Part shown: positions 9,767 through 19,719 of the stretch, piece after piece | How the letters are laid out: each line of letters opens with the position of its first letter | Position numbering within the stretch: position 1 is the stretch's first letter | Assembly: GCA_963676915.2 (NCBI GenBank) | Contig: CAXXVK010000062.1 | Span: forward strand, 64,001 to 128,000 | Length of the DNA stretch: 64,000 nt | DNA from: Myxococcota bacterium | GTDB lineage: Bacteria; Myxococcota_A; SURF-8; G963663525 | Reading direction: 5' to 3' | Notes under the pieces: generated by a model | Database searches by the model: none | What the model was told of the DNA's origin: nothing | Seen by the model: only the letters and a program-made list of their open reading frames with translations | Made by a program: the position numbers and the translations under genes

Positions 9767-11565
9767 CGGAAAACTCCTCGATAATACACGGGAAACACCA
9801 TGGCTTCGTGTAGGAAAAGGTTGCGATCTCCATCGCTTCCGGCTTCGTCGTTATCGAAACGAACGAGGATATCATTGACGCCTTCAGCGGCCTGAAATCG
9901 TACAGAGAACAGATGTGAGTCCGTTTCCGCCGAAACATCGCCCTCCCCTACTTCTTCTCCGTTGGCCAGAATCGTCAGATGAGGCATGACATCATGGTAA
10001 GCCTGCCCACTGACACGCAACCGTATCTCATACATACCCCGAACAAGTTCCAGTCTCCAGGTTGCATCCCCGTTGAAATACAGCTTGTTTCGCTGTTTTC
10101 CTCGCCAAACGGAAGGAGAGCCTTTTACAACCAGCCATTGCCGAAGCTGATTGACGATGCGCTGTTCGCCGATCCAGGCGTATAAACCAGCCAACTTGGC
10201 GATATATTTGCGGTTTCCCGGATCGGATTGCACGGCTTTTTCCCAGTTTTTCACCGCATCTTCGGGCTGAAAAGCCTCGTATTCGTGCAATCCCGAAAGA
10301 TATCGTTCGACGACGAGTCCGTAAGGATCACGTTTCAATCGGGTGGTAATGTTCTGCAAATGCTCGGTATCGTCGTTCTGAACGGCCAACTCGCCAGCCA
10401 GTTCAAGCAACTGTCCCAAAGGGGTAACTCGTGAATTCTGCCACCCTTTTTCAAGCGATTCCCGTTCTTTTGCCAATGCAGCGGGATCTTGCAGAACACG
10501 ATCGACCCAGGGTTGGAGTTTTGCACGAGCTTCGGCGGGTTGTCCGCGCCAGTGAAGTATTCGAGCCAGATGGATCGTTTCAAGTTCCGTAGCAGCCTCA
10601 CAGGCAAGCAGATCTTCCGTCGTTATCTGATCCTTCGCAAACAGTTGAAACGACACGAAAAGCTCTCCGGCATCGTACAACGCCGAAGCAAAAGCCAGAC
10701 GTGCCGAAGGTGTTCTTTCCACACGAAAAAGTCGGCTCAAAGCGGGTAAAGCCATTTCGGATTCGTTCGCTTCAACGAATTCTCTGGCCGCCAACCACAA
10801 AGCGTCCCGTTCTTTGGGCCACCAACCCAACTGTCTCCACGCAACGGCCCGGTGCATGGCGCGTTCTGCGGAACGGATAGACTCATCAGCCGATTCCGTC
10901 GGATCGGATGAAGAAGCAACCAGCGTCGCTACTTTGATAGGGGCGAAAAGTCCGAGAATCACTAGGAAAATACGCAAGCACCAAATCCACCGTTTAGCAT
11001 TCAGCGGTAGTTTTCTGCTTAGTGGCGAAGCAAGCACCAACACCAATGTTACAGCCATAAATAACGGAATTTGCGGAAGGATCGGCGTTTCAAGCGAAAA
11101 CGGTCTTACGATACTCCAAAGCAGTCCATCGGAAGACCAGACGCTTCGAGGTGCAACCTCCCATAAGGCTCCAAATACCTCCAGAGGCGGAAAAGCTTGG
11201 AAAAACAACATCAATCCCACAACAGCCACGATCGCAACGCCGATCATCCAGGATGGAAGCCAGCGTTTGAAAGAAGTCCCAAAAGCGGCAAAAATGATGG
11301 AAAGCAACAGACTTAGCGAAAGGACAAGTGGCAGCGATGAAAAAGCCGACAGCCTCGGATCAAGCATTCTCCAGCTTTCCACACCGGAAAAAGCCGTAAC
11401 AAACAAGAGAAGCGCTGAAAGAAAAACGTTGGAATTCCTGGCTCGTGGATAAAACGTAATCAGTAACGCAACAATGGCGACAAACGAAGTAACCCACCGT
11501 TGAACCGGCAGTGTGAACAACAACAGAAGTTCCGCAAGAATCAGGAAAAACGCTGAAAATTTCAC
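9763..11565 (-). CDS. Membrane protein with TPR region and C-terminal CBM60-like carbohydrate-binding module
   Basis: N-terminal TM helices, a helical TPR-like middle, and C-terminal VRFDNDEAGSDGDRNLFL motif. Confidence 0.65.
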   Translation of the reverse strand: MKFSAFFLILAELLLLFTLPVQRWVTSFVAIVALLITFYPRARNSNVFLSALLLFVTAFSGVESWRMLDPRLSAFSSLPLVLSLSLLLSIIFAAFGTSFKRWLPSWMIGVAIVAVVGLMLFFQAFPPLEVFGALWEVAPRSVWSSDGLLWSIVRPFSLETPILPQIPLFMAVTLVLVLASPLSRKLPLNAKRWIWCLRIFLVILGLFAPIKVATLVASSSDPTESADESIRSAERAMHRAVAWRQLGWWPKERDALWLAAREFVEANESEMALPALSRLFRVERTPSARLAFASALYDAGELFVSFQLFAKDQITTEDLLACEAATELETIHLARILHWRGQPAEARAKLQPWVDRVLQDPAALAKERESLEKGWQNSRVTPLGQLLELAGELAVQNDDTEHLQNITTRLKRDPYGLVVERYLSGLHEYEAFQPEDAVKNWEKAVQSDPGNRKYIAKLAGLYAWIGEQRIVNQLRQWLVVKGSPSVWRGKQRNKLYFNGDATWRLELVRGMYEIRLRVSGQAYHDVMPHLTILANGEEVGEGDVSAETDSHLFSVRFQAAEGVNDILVRFDNDEAGSDGDRNLFLHEAMVFPVYYRGVFR

Positions 11566-12203
11566 GCTTTACCATCCTTTGACGGATCTCTTTCTTTGCG
11601 TCTCCATCTGCTCCAGGCCAGCGCTCCGAAAATTCCAAAGACGAATCCCCCCAACGCCGCCGATTGGTGCCGCCATCTTGCTTGTATCACCCAGGGTTTC
11701 CAGGGAAGTGGTTTATGCAACTGAAACATGTTGGCTTCAGCGCAGGATCGTCTCTCTTCCGGCAATTTTTGGATATGCCGCCGAAGGATTTCCTCGTAGC
11801 GCCTTACCCCGAGTTCCGCCCATTGAACGACGAGTTTCGAAGCTTCTTCTCGCGTGTCCGCCTCGACTTCGAAATGCAAGTGATGAGAATCCGTCCGATG
11901 CCGAATGTGAAAACTCGCCGTGGATGGTTCTTTTCGATCTTCCCTGAGTTGCGTGCTTTCGACTTCCTGAAGAAACGACGAATCCGTAAGAAGGTCGCGG
12001 ATCGTACCGAGATGGGCAAACGTCGCCCCACCGGTTTCTCCGACAAACGGGCAGTTGGGATCTGGAGTTTTCACCGCCGTAAGCGCCACTTCCGCACGAT
12101 AGCGGAGCGGAAGTGCCAAGGATAGAATCAAACCGGCCAGCAATCCGCCGAAACCGGCCAGAGCCAGCTTTCCGAAAGAGGTTCGGGACACGTCAGTTTT
12201 CAT
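11562..12203 (-). CDS. Short Wzz-like chain-length determinant
   Basis: Two terminal TM helices, PLRYRAEVAL motif after TM1, first gene of the polysaccharide operon. Confidence 0.55.
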   Translation of the reverse strand: MKTDVSRTSFGKLALAGFGGLLAGLILSLALPLRYRAEVALTAVKTPDPNCPFVGETGGATFAHLGTIRDLLTDSSFLQEVESTQLREDRKEPSTASFHIRHRTDSHHLHFEVEADTREEASKLVVQWAELGVRRYEEILRRHIQKLPEERRSCAEANMFQLHKPLPWKPWVIQARWRHQSAALGGFVFGIFGALAWSRWRRKERDPSKDGKA

Positions 12204-12218
12204 CCGAACCTCTCATGA

Positions 12219-14786
12219 TCATTCCCAGCTAACGCTTTTTTCACCGTTCAGAACGCGAATCCATAAGGTTTTCGCCTCTGAATCGTACCACCAACCTTCG
12301 GTTTCGGAATCCGTCACGCTTTCAAGATCCGACGCTTGCGCCAGAGGACCTCCATCCAACGAAACGCTTGTGGGTGCTGCGGTTACGGCCAAAAGTTCGA
12401 ATACCGCACCATAGGCGAATTCGTCACCGCCGGAGAACGCCAGACTGCTTCCTTCAAGCGAAATGCTTGTATCGTCGAACATGTTGAAAACACTGTCTTT
12501 TCCAGGAACTGCACGTACGAACAACACGCCGGGGGTCGTGTCGTAGGAGTCGATTTCTTCCGGGTGGATTGTCGGCGCCATCGTGTCGATAGTCGGCCTT
12601 AGCATCGGGACAATCGCGCCACGGGCGATATACAGTGGCAACGTACCCAATGGAGCATTGACAGTCGCCGTTTTCTCGCCTTCATACACTTCGCCGGTCC
12701 ACCAGTCGATCCATTCTCCCGGCGGGAAAAGCACGTCGCGGCTCACGGCTCCCCGTTCGAGAATCGGTGCTACATACAGATAATCGCCGAACAGGTAGCT
12801 GTCCCAAGGATGTTCTCCCATTTCGGGATACGCCAAACCCAAAGCACGTTGAATGGGACGGCCATCGCTTTTCAGGTTTTCAGCGTACGTCCATTCGTAG
12901 GGCCAGAGTCGCAGGTGTAAACGTGCGTATTTACGGTAGCTTTCCAGCAGGATTTCGTCGCGTTCACCCGATTCGTTTTTGAATTCCCACGGAACGTTAT
13001 TGGTGTTCGTACCAACTTGCATCACGGTGGACAACGCGGTCTGCTCGAACCAGCGCATGAACAGTTCATTATCCGGTGGCGCATGGATATATCCACCCGT
13101 GTCCGACCCGTAAAACGGGAAACCGGACGGTCCAAGCGAGAGTCCGTAAATCATTGAGGAAGGATATCCTCCCACGGATTTTTCGATTTTCCCATCGTCC
13201 TCGATTTCATCCCCTTCGAGCGTGAAATTGGCTCCTAGATCGCCCGGCCAGATGACGCTGACGTTGACCTGGTCGCCGATGGTGCCGCCACGGCAGATCA
13301 GGAATCCTCCATCTTCCGGTAGAAGCTCGGCATATACTTGATGGTAGAAAAGCTGATAGCGAGCATGCATCGTCTGTTCGTTGGAGCCGTCGTAAAACTC
13401 CCAGACGTTACGGAAGTTCGGCAGGCCGGGAAGAACGTCCTCGGCGTAATCCATCTTGAATCCTTCAATTCCCATGTCGGTGTAGAACCTCATGTTCGTC
13501 TGCCACCAGTCAAAGCAGTCGGGATTCGTAAAATCGAGCAGCGTTCCCCAGGTGTTCAACGGAATTCCGGTTGTGGGCGGTAAAAATCCGTTTTCTTGTA
13601 CGTAGGCAAGGTTCTCTTGGGTGGTTTCGTGACTGGCATCGACGTAAGGAGCCTGCCAGATCGCCATCCGAAGTCCCATATCGTGGGCGTAGTCGATCAT
13701 CTCCTGTGCATTGGTCCACTGGTCGGGATTCCAGTTGAACGCCCCGACTTGCGTTGCATAGGGGCGATCCACCCAGTAACCGGAGGTCGCCAGATCGAGA
13801 TCCCGGATGGTGTCGATGTCGTTGACGACCTGCGCTTGGTTGTCGTTTTCATCGCGCCAGATCCACGGCCCCAACGCCCAGCGTGCAGGCAGCAACGGAT
13901 AACCAGTAATCTCGTAGTAATGTTGTGTAATGTCCAGCGGATGTTCCTCGGCAAAGAGGTAGAATTCCAATCCATCAGCGGTATCAAGACCGGTTCCGAA
14001 GGTCGTTTCCACCAGATCGTCGGCCTCGGTCGCTACTTTGAATTCAGCCGGGTGGAAGTCGTTGACGAACAAACCCCAGCCAGTCGAGCCGATCAGCAAA
14101 GGAATCGGAACGTGGCGCTCGTTGTACTGGCTTTCCGAATCGATCGCTTCAAGCTGCATTGCCCGCCGTTTGCCTCGGTGGTTGACGTGATCGTGAGCGT
14201 TACCCAAACCATAAAAGCCCTCTTGAGAATCGGCAGTGGCTTGCAGCCGATAGAATCCTACCCCCTCGGCATCTCCGGCAGGTTTGAGCAGGAACTTAAA
14301 CGATCCTATGGCAATTTCCTCGATATCCAGTGAAAACACCAGACCGCCCGTATAAGTCAACGTGTAACTTGCGGTATTCTCTGAAGATTCCGCTTGTACG
14401 ATGCTTTGCGGCTTCAGCCACGACAACTCATCCTGATAGGGAGGCGGAAGGTCCGGGTCATCGATCCAGTACGGATCGAAATTGATATCTGCGAACGCAA
14501 TGTTACTGGATAACGTGGTGGGAACGCGCCCGATCATCAAACCGTCTTTTGGAATCGACAGCAGTTTTTGATCTCCGCGAAACAGTGAAATCGTTTCGGT
14601 TTCCAGCGAGACTTCCAGAATATAGCCCGAAGCATCCGCTTCCTGTTCGACTTCCGTATCCCCACCGTCGATCGTGTTGTTGTCGGAGTCCGACGAACAG
14701 CCGATAAAAAACAGCGAAACGAAAAACAGTAAAAAAATCAAACTGTTCCACCTAGTCGTACGTGTGCTTTGCTTGCTTATCACCAC
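12219..14786 (-). CDS. Glycoside hydrolase family 31 lipoprotein
   Basis: Lipobox FIG-C; GFKMDYAE nucleophile, WPGD acid/base, GSDTGGY and YLFGD..VAP motifs. Confidence 0.9.
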   Translation of the reverse strand: MVISKQSTRTTRWNSLIFLLFFVSLFFIGCSSDSDNNTIDGGDTEVEQEADASGYILEVSLETETISLFRGDQKLLSIPKDGLMIGRVPTTLSSNIAFADINFDPYWIDDPDLPPPYQDELSWLKPQSIVQAESSENTASYTLTYTGGLVFSLDIEEIAIGSFKFLLKPAGDAEGVGFYRLQATADSQEGFYGLGNAHDHVNHRGKRRAMQLEAIDSESQYNERHVPIPLLIGSTGWGLFVNDFHPAEFKVATEADDLVETTFGTGLDTADGLEFYLFAEEHPLDITQHYYEITGYPLLPARWALGPWIWRDENDNQAQVVNDIDTIRDLDLATSGYWVDRPYATQVGAFNWNPDQWTNAQEMIDYAHDMGLRMAIWQAPYVDASHETTQENLAYVQENGFLPPTTGIPLNTWGTLLDFTNPDCFDWWQTNMRFYTDMGIEGFKMDYAEDVLPGLPNFRNVWEFYDGSNEQTMHARYQLFYHQVYAELLPEDGGFLICRGGTIGDQVNVSVIWPGDLGANFTLEGDEIEDDGKIEKSVGGYPSSMIYGLSLGPSGFPFYGSDTGGYIHAPPDNELFMRWFEQTALSTVMQVGTNTNNVPWEFKNESGERDEILLESYRKYARLHLRLWPYEWTYAENLKSDGRPIQRALGLAYPEMGEHPWDSYLFGDYLYVAPILERGAVSRDVLFPPGEWIDWWTGEVYEGEKTATVNAPLGTLPLYIARGAIVPMLRPTIDTMAPTIHPEEIDSYDTTPGVLFVRAVPGKDSVFNMFDDTSISLEGSSLAFSGGDEFAYGAVFELLAVTAAPTSVSLDGGPLAQASDLESVTDSETEGWWYDSEAKTLWIRVLNGEKSVSWE

Positions 14787-14828
14787 GATAATCCTCGCTT
14801 GATTTTCAAAAACTTTCAGACGTATTGT

Positions 14829-15677
14829 TTATTTCCAGTCCAATTCCAGGTTGTCGATCAATCTGACACCACCGATAAATGCCGCAACCAATGCAACCGC
14901 AGGTTCCGAAATCGTATCCAGCAACGTCAGGTTTTCCCGGCTGCGGATTTCCAAGTAATCTAACGAAAAATCACCAGCGCTTTCAATCGTTTTTCGCGCT
15001 TTGGACGTTAGACGTTTGCAATCTTTCTCACCATGCTTTACAGCGTCATTGATTTTTTGAAGCATCTGATACAACAGAATGGCTTTTTCTCTGCTTTTTG
15101 CATCAAGGTTGGCATTTCTGCTGGACATTGCCAGTCCATCCGGCTCACGAAACGTTTCGCCGCCCACTATTTCAATCGGGAAGTCCAGGTCTTTCACCAT
15201 GCGGCGGATCATCCGCCACTGCTGATAATCCTTTTTCCCGAAGGCGGTGATGTCGGGCTGAGTCAAATTGAAAAGCTTGGTGACGACGGTCGAAACGCCT
15301 TGCATATGACCCGGCCTCGTCGCTCCACACAATCCTTTGGATACTTCTTTGACCTGGACTTCGCTTTGAAATCCTTCAGGATACATTTGTGGAACTTCGG
15401 GCGAAAAAATGATATCCGCGCCGTTTTCACGACATTTCGCGAAATCTCCCTCTTCGTCGCGGGGATAGCAATCAAGATCCGTAGCCTGATTGAACTGAAT
15501 AGGATTGACGAAGATCGTCACGACCAACAGATCGCAGCGCGACCGAATAAGCTGCATCAGAGACAGATGTCCATCGTGCAGATAACCCATGGTAGGCACC
15601 ACACCGATACGCTGCCCTGCCCTCTTCGCCTGCAACGCCCGTTGTTGCATCTCTTGGGGAGTTCGGATGACTTCCAT
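14829..15677 (-). CDS. panC: Pantoate--beta-alanine ligase
   Basis: VPTMGYLHDGH, FVNPIQF, FGKKDYQQ, GLAMSSRN and RLIDN motifs. Confidence 0.97.
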   Translation of the reverse strand: MEVIRTPQEMQQRALQAKRAGQRIGVVPTMGYLHDGHLSLMQLIRSRCDLLVVTIFVNPIQFNQATDLDCYPRDEEGDFAKCRENGADIIFSPEVPQMYPEGFQSEVQVKEVSKGLCGATRPGHMQGVSTVVTKLFNLTQPDITAFGKKDYQQWRMIRRMVKDLDFPIEIVGGETFREPDGLAMSSRNANLDAKSREKAILLYQMLQKINDAVKHGEKDCKRLTSKARKTIESAGDFSLDYLEIRSRENLTLLDTISEPAVALVAAFIGGVRLIDNLELDWK

Positions 15678-15697
15678 GACGACCTCGTCTTACCCTA

Positions 15698-16889
15698 TTA
15701 GATAACCAAATTCTTACGGATACGTTCCGCTGCTTCTTTCACTTGATCCAGCGTCGGAACCAGCGCGAACCTCACGTAGCCTTCTCCCGGGTTGACACCG
15801 CCCGAACACTCATCCGTGATCCACGCGCCCGGGTGTGACGACCAAAGCCAGTTCGTCCGCCAATAGCTTCTTCGCGAATTCGAGCGAAGACAGCCCGTTC
15901 GGCGTTTTCAACCAAATGTAAAATGTAGCAGGTGGAACGTTGACTTCCAATCCTACGGATTGCAAAGCCTCTACGAGAATATCGCGCTTTTCACGATACA
16001 GCAAGCGCATCGATTCGGCATGAGATTCGTCTTCGAGTGCAGCGATGGCAGCATCCTGAATGAAATCCGGCGTACCGGAATCGATGTTGGTTTTCAGCTT
16101 TTTAAACGCTGTCACGATGCGCTCGTCACCCGCAACGAAACCGATACGGTAACCGGTCATGTTGTTGCGTTTGCTCATGGAATAGAAGGTCAAAACGCCT
16201 TCCCGTTCCACTTCCAGAATCGACATCGGTTTTTCGTCGAAATAAATATCAATGTAGCAGCCCTCATCGGCCGCGATAAGGATGTTCCTCTCGTGCGCCC
16301 AGTCAATCAAACGCTTGTAATATTCACGAGTTGCCGTAGCTCCCGTCGGAGAGTTGGGGTAGTTGATCCACAGAATCTTCGCCTTTTCGGCTATGTCGTC
16401 CGGGATGGCTTCGACATCCAGCATGAAACCGTTCGATTCGAGCAAAGGCACGAAATATGGCGTTCCTTCGGCAAACAACGTTCCGGTTTTCATCGGTGGA
16501 TAACCGGGGGACGGAATAATCGCCACATCTCCGGGATTTAAAAACGCTTCAGGAAAATGGAATACCGCTTCCTTGCTGCCTATTGTGGAGGCAATTTCTT
16601 TTTCGGGATCGAGTTCCACACCGAAACGGCGTTTCATCCACGCTGCTGCGGCTTCACGGTAGGTTTTCGATCCGATATAGCTGGGATATCCCGAGGTGGC
16701 GTGACGATCCACGGCGTTTTTTACGGTTTCCCGTACCAATTCAGGAGTCGGATCGAGCGGATCTCCCACTCCGAAATCGATTGGCGTGATGCCTCGGGCT
16801 TTCAGATCCTCGACAATACGACCTACTTCGGCGAAGGCGTACCCACCCAAGCTATTGATTCTCTTCGAATATTCAATCGTTATACTCAT
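15698..16889 (-). CDS. dapL: LL-diaminopimelate aminotransferase (class I/II), one apparent frameshift near 15830
   Basis: INYPNSPTG and SMSKRNNMTGYRIG motifs. C-terminus continues in another frame (AWITDECSGGVNPGEGYVRFALVP) to TAA at 15698. Lies in an operon with lysC and lysA. Confidence 0.8.
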
Positions 16890-16905
16890 CGTGACCTCTC
16901 CTGAT

Positions 16906-18144
16906 TCAATCAAAGGTTACGGTGCTGAACAAATCATCGAGCGTTTCGGCGCGGCGGATTTGGCGTAATTCGCCATCCAGTGTCAAAAGATACTCCGCAT
17001 GGCGCGTTTGTCCATTGTAATTGTGGCCCATCGCAAAGGCATGGGCGCCACAATGGTGAATCGCGACGACATCCCCGACGTTGCACAAGGGAAGTTCGCG
17101 ATCTTTGGCAAACTGGTCGCTGTTTTCGCAAATACGTCCAACGACCGAGACGGTTTCCTTTTTCGTCTCTCCATTGAGCACGGAAACATAGTGGTAAGCG
17201 TCGTAAATCGATGGCCGGGGCATGTCGTTGGAGCAAGCATCTACACCAACATACTTTTTGTAACTGTCTTTGATGGCATTGACATGGGTTACCAACCACC
17301 CGGCAGTAGCTCCGATGAAGCGCCCCGGCTCTACCATGATCGTCGGTTCGTTCAGCCCGAAGCGTTCAATCTGTCGGTCGAATACTTCACGAATCCCCTG
17401 GGCAAGCGGAACGAGGTCGAGGCTTTCTTCTTCAGGACGATACGGTACACCGAAACCACCACCGAGGTTAAGAAATTCAATCTCGATTCCGGTGGTATCA
17501 CGGATTTCCGCTGCGATTTCAAGCTGTTTCTCTACGACTTTATAAAAATACCGATCGTCCAGCACGTTGGAACCGGTCATGATGTGCATACCGAAATGCT
17601 TGACACCAAGCGCTTTGGCTTGACGAAACGCTTCGGTAGCTTTTTCGCGAGCCACGCCGAATTTTGCATCGGGACCAGCCAACACGATGTTTTCCTTGCC
17701 CCCCTTGCCGATTCCCGGATTGATACGGAAAGACAACGTTTCCGGCATACCTAGCGATTCCATCATGGGAAGAAGGCTGATGTCGTCGAGGTTGATGATC
17801 AACCCGGCTTCCATCGCCATGACGAATTCATCTCGGAGTGTGTAGTTCCCCGTATACATTCCACGTGCTCCAAGTTTTTGAGCAAGCCAGGCTTCCGAAG
17901 TACTGGACGCGTCGAACCCAAAACCCTCGTCCATGATAATTTTAAGAAGTTGGGGGTTGGGATTCGCTTTGACCGCGAACAGGGGTTTGAAAGAAGAAAA
18001 GACCTTTTCGAACGCCTGTTTCAACGTGCGGCAATTGGCGCGCAGTTTTTTCTCTTCGTACAGAAAAAACGGGGTCTCAAAACGGTCGGCGGCTTCAAGA
18101 ATCGCCGACTCGGGCAAATACGTAACTTCTGGATTGACAGACAT
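16906..18144 (-). CDS. lysA: Diaminopimelate decarboxylase
   Basis: FAVKANPN, KFG, NLGGG, EPGR, GRICE and HNYN motifs. Confidence 0.95.
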   Translation of the reverse strand: MSVNPEVTYLPESAILEAADRFETPFFLYEEKKLRANCRTLKQAFEKVFSSFKPLFAVKANPNPQLLKIIMDEGFGFDASSTSEAWLAQKLGARGMYTGNYTLRDEFVMAMEAGLIINLDDISLLPMMESLGMPETLSFRINPGIGKGGKENIVLAGPDAKFGVAREKATEAFRQAKALGVKHFGMHIMTGSNVLDDRYFYKVVEKQLEIAAEIRDTTGIEIEFLNLGGGFGVPYRPEEESLDLVPLAQGIREVFDRQIERFGLNEPTIMVEPGRFIGATAGWLVTHVNAIKDSYKKYVGVDACSNDMPRPSIYDAYHYVSVLNGETKKETVSVVGRICENSDQFAKDRELPLCNVGDVVAIHHCGAHAFAMGHNYNGQTRHAEYLLTLDGELRQIRRAETLDDLFSTVTFD

Positions 18145-18167
18145 AATTCCTTTTTATTCTTTGTTTT

Positions 18168-19535
18168 TTAGACACCGAAAAACGTTCGGTGGAGCAATTG
18201 AACGGTTTTGTCTCGATGCTCGTTGTCGATAACAATGCTGAGATTGATGCGCAAGTCACCCATCGAAATCATGTTGACTCCGATGCCTTCCTGACGCAAT
18301 CCCTCGAAAACTTTTTCATAAATCGAAGCGTTGTGCTGAATTTCAGCGCCAACCAGACACATGATGGCCTGATCCGGCGTCACAACCACCCTACCGAGTT
18401 TTTTGAGATCATTGACCAAAGGCTCGATCTCTTTCGGGGATTGATCCACGCTTAGCGAAACACTTACCTCGGAGGTGGAAACCAAGTCGATGCTGATCCC
18501 GTGACGTGCGAAACATTCCGTGATTTTCGCCATGAATCCGGCAGCCATCAACATACCGTACGAACTGATGCGGATGATCGTCACATCTTTTTTGTAAGCG
18601 ATGGACTTAAACGGCTGATCCGCTTCCACCGTTTCATCGACGATCAACGTACCTTGTGCCTCGGGATGAAACGTGTTGAGAATACGAATGGGGATATTCT
18701 CTTTCAACGCAGGCCATACGCTATGCGGATGCAGCACTTTCGCTCCGAAATGCGCCAACTCGGCCATTTCATCGAAAGAAATGCGCTCCAGTATTTTTGC
18801 ATTGGGAACTTTTGTTGGGTTGGCTGTGGCCACACCGTCCACGTCGGTCCAGATCTGGATTTCTTCCGCATTCTTGACCGTTCCAGCCAGAGAAGCGCAG
18901 AAGTCCGAGTATCCCCTGCCGACACAGTTCAAAATGCCTTTGGTAGTTGGACCGAAAAAGCCCGTCAGCACCGGAACCGCGCCTTCTCGAACGTTTTCGA
19001 GGCTGGCTCGGAAGAAATCCTGAACCTTTGGCCAATAGTCTTCGCTATCGGTCGGCATATTCCCATGAATCAGGCGATCCAACGAGGTGAATTCCGCCGG
19101 ACAATCCCTGTCTTCAAGTACGGAAGTCAGAATTCGGGCGCTCAACTTTTCACCAACAGCCAGTACGATGTCGTAGGAACGCGGTGTCAACTCTCCTACA
19201 ACACCGATGGCATCGAGGAAAACCTGCAAGTCTTTGAGAGTTTTTGTTATGTACTCGCTCGCATCGAGCGCAAATTTTGTCTGTTTCACCGCTTTTCCGA
19301 GCACGTCAAGGTGGCGGTGCAGAATATCGTCTACGATGGTTCGAGCTTTCTCGGGTTGTCGCTGAATGGCGGCCTCGGTAGCCGACAGCAGCAGGTTGGT
19401 GATCCCACCGATGGCGGAAACGACGACTACCGGCTGCTTGCCGTTTTCGACCGCTCCCAAAACGATGTTCGCAACTTTGTTACGAATACAATCGGCATCG
19501 CCCATCGACGTTCCACCGAATTTCATCACAATCAT
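18168..19535 (-). CDS. lysC: Aspartate kinase
   Basis: MKFGGTS, GRGYSD, IWTDVDG, FGAKVLHP motifs and C-terminal ACT domains. Confidence 0.95.
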   Translation of the reverse strand: MIVMKFGGTSMGDADCIRNKVANIVLGAVENGKQPVVVVSAIGGITNLLLSATEAAIQRQPEKARTIVDDILHRHLDVLGKAVKQTKFALDASEYITKTLKDLQVFLDAIGVVGELTPRSYDIVLAVGEKLSARILTSVLEDRDCPAEFTSLDRLIHGNMPTDSEDYWPKVQDFFRASLENVREGAVPVLTGFFGPTTKGILNCVGRGYSDFCASLAGTVKNAEEIQIWTDVDGVATANPTKVPNAKILERISFDEMAELAHFGAKVLHPHSVWPALKENIPIRILNTFHPEAQGTLIVDETVEADQPFKSIAYKKDVTIIRISSYGMLMAAGFMAKITECFARHGISIDLVSTSEVSVSLSVDQSPKEIEPLVNDLKKLGRVVVTPDQAIMCLVGAEIQHNASIYEKVFEGLRQEGIGVNMISMGDLRINLSIVIDNEHRDKTVQLLHRTFFGV

Positions 19536-19560
19536 GCAAATCTACTCCTTTCCACTAGTG

Positions 19561-19668
19561 AAAAAACAATGAAAACGGGCATTGGATATAACTCGTTTTC
19601 ATCCGACGTATAACTCCAACACGTCCAACGAAGGAACCCGAGTGTAACGGAATCGTATAAATTGTCAA
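19561..19668 (-). promoter_or_regulatory. Sigma70-like promoter and structured, attenuator-like leader of lysC
   Basis: TTGACA(19668-19663)-16 bp-TACACT(19646-19641). Leader contains two hairpins, the second followed by a U-tract. Confidence 0.55.
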
Positions 19669-19719
19669 TTTTAGGGAACTAACGGAAAAAACGGGACTTT
19701 TTAGCGACAAACGAAGCCA

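Noticed and set aside
19536-19719. Canonical lysine riboswitch or Lys-rich leader peptide
   Set aside because: The leader is too short after the predicted promoter and no consensus elements or Lys-codon run were recognised. It is kept only as an unknown attenuator candidate.
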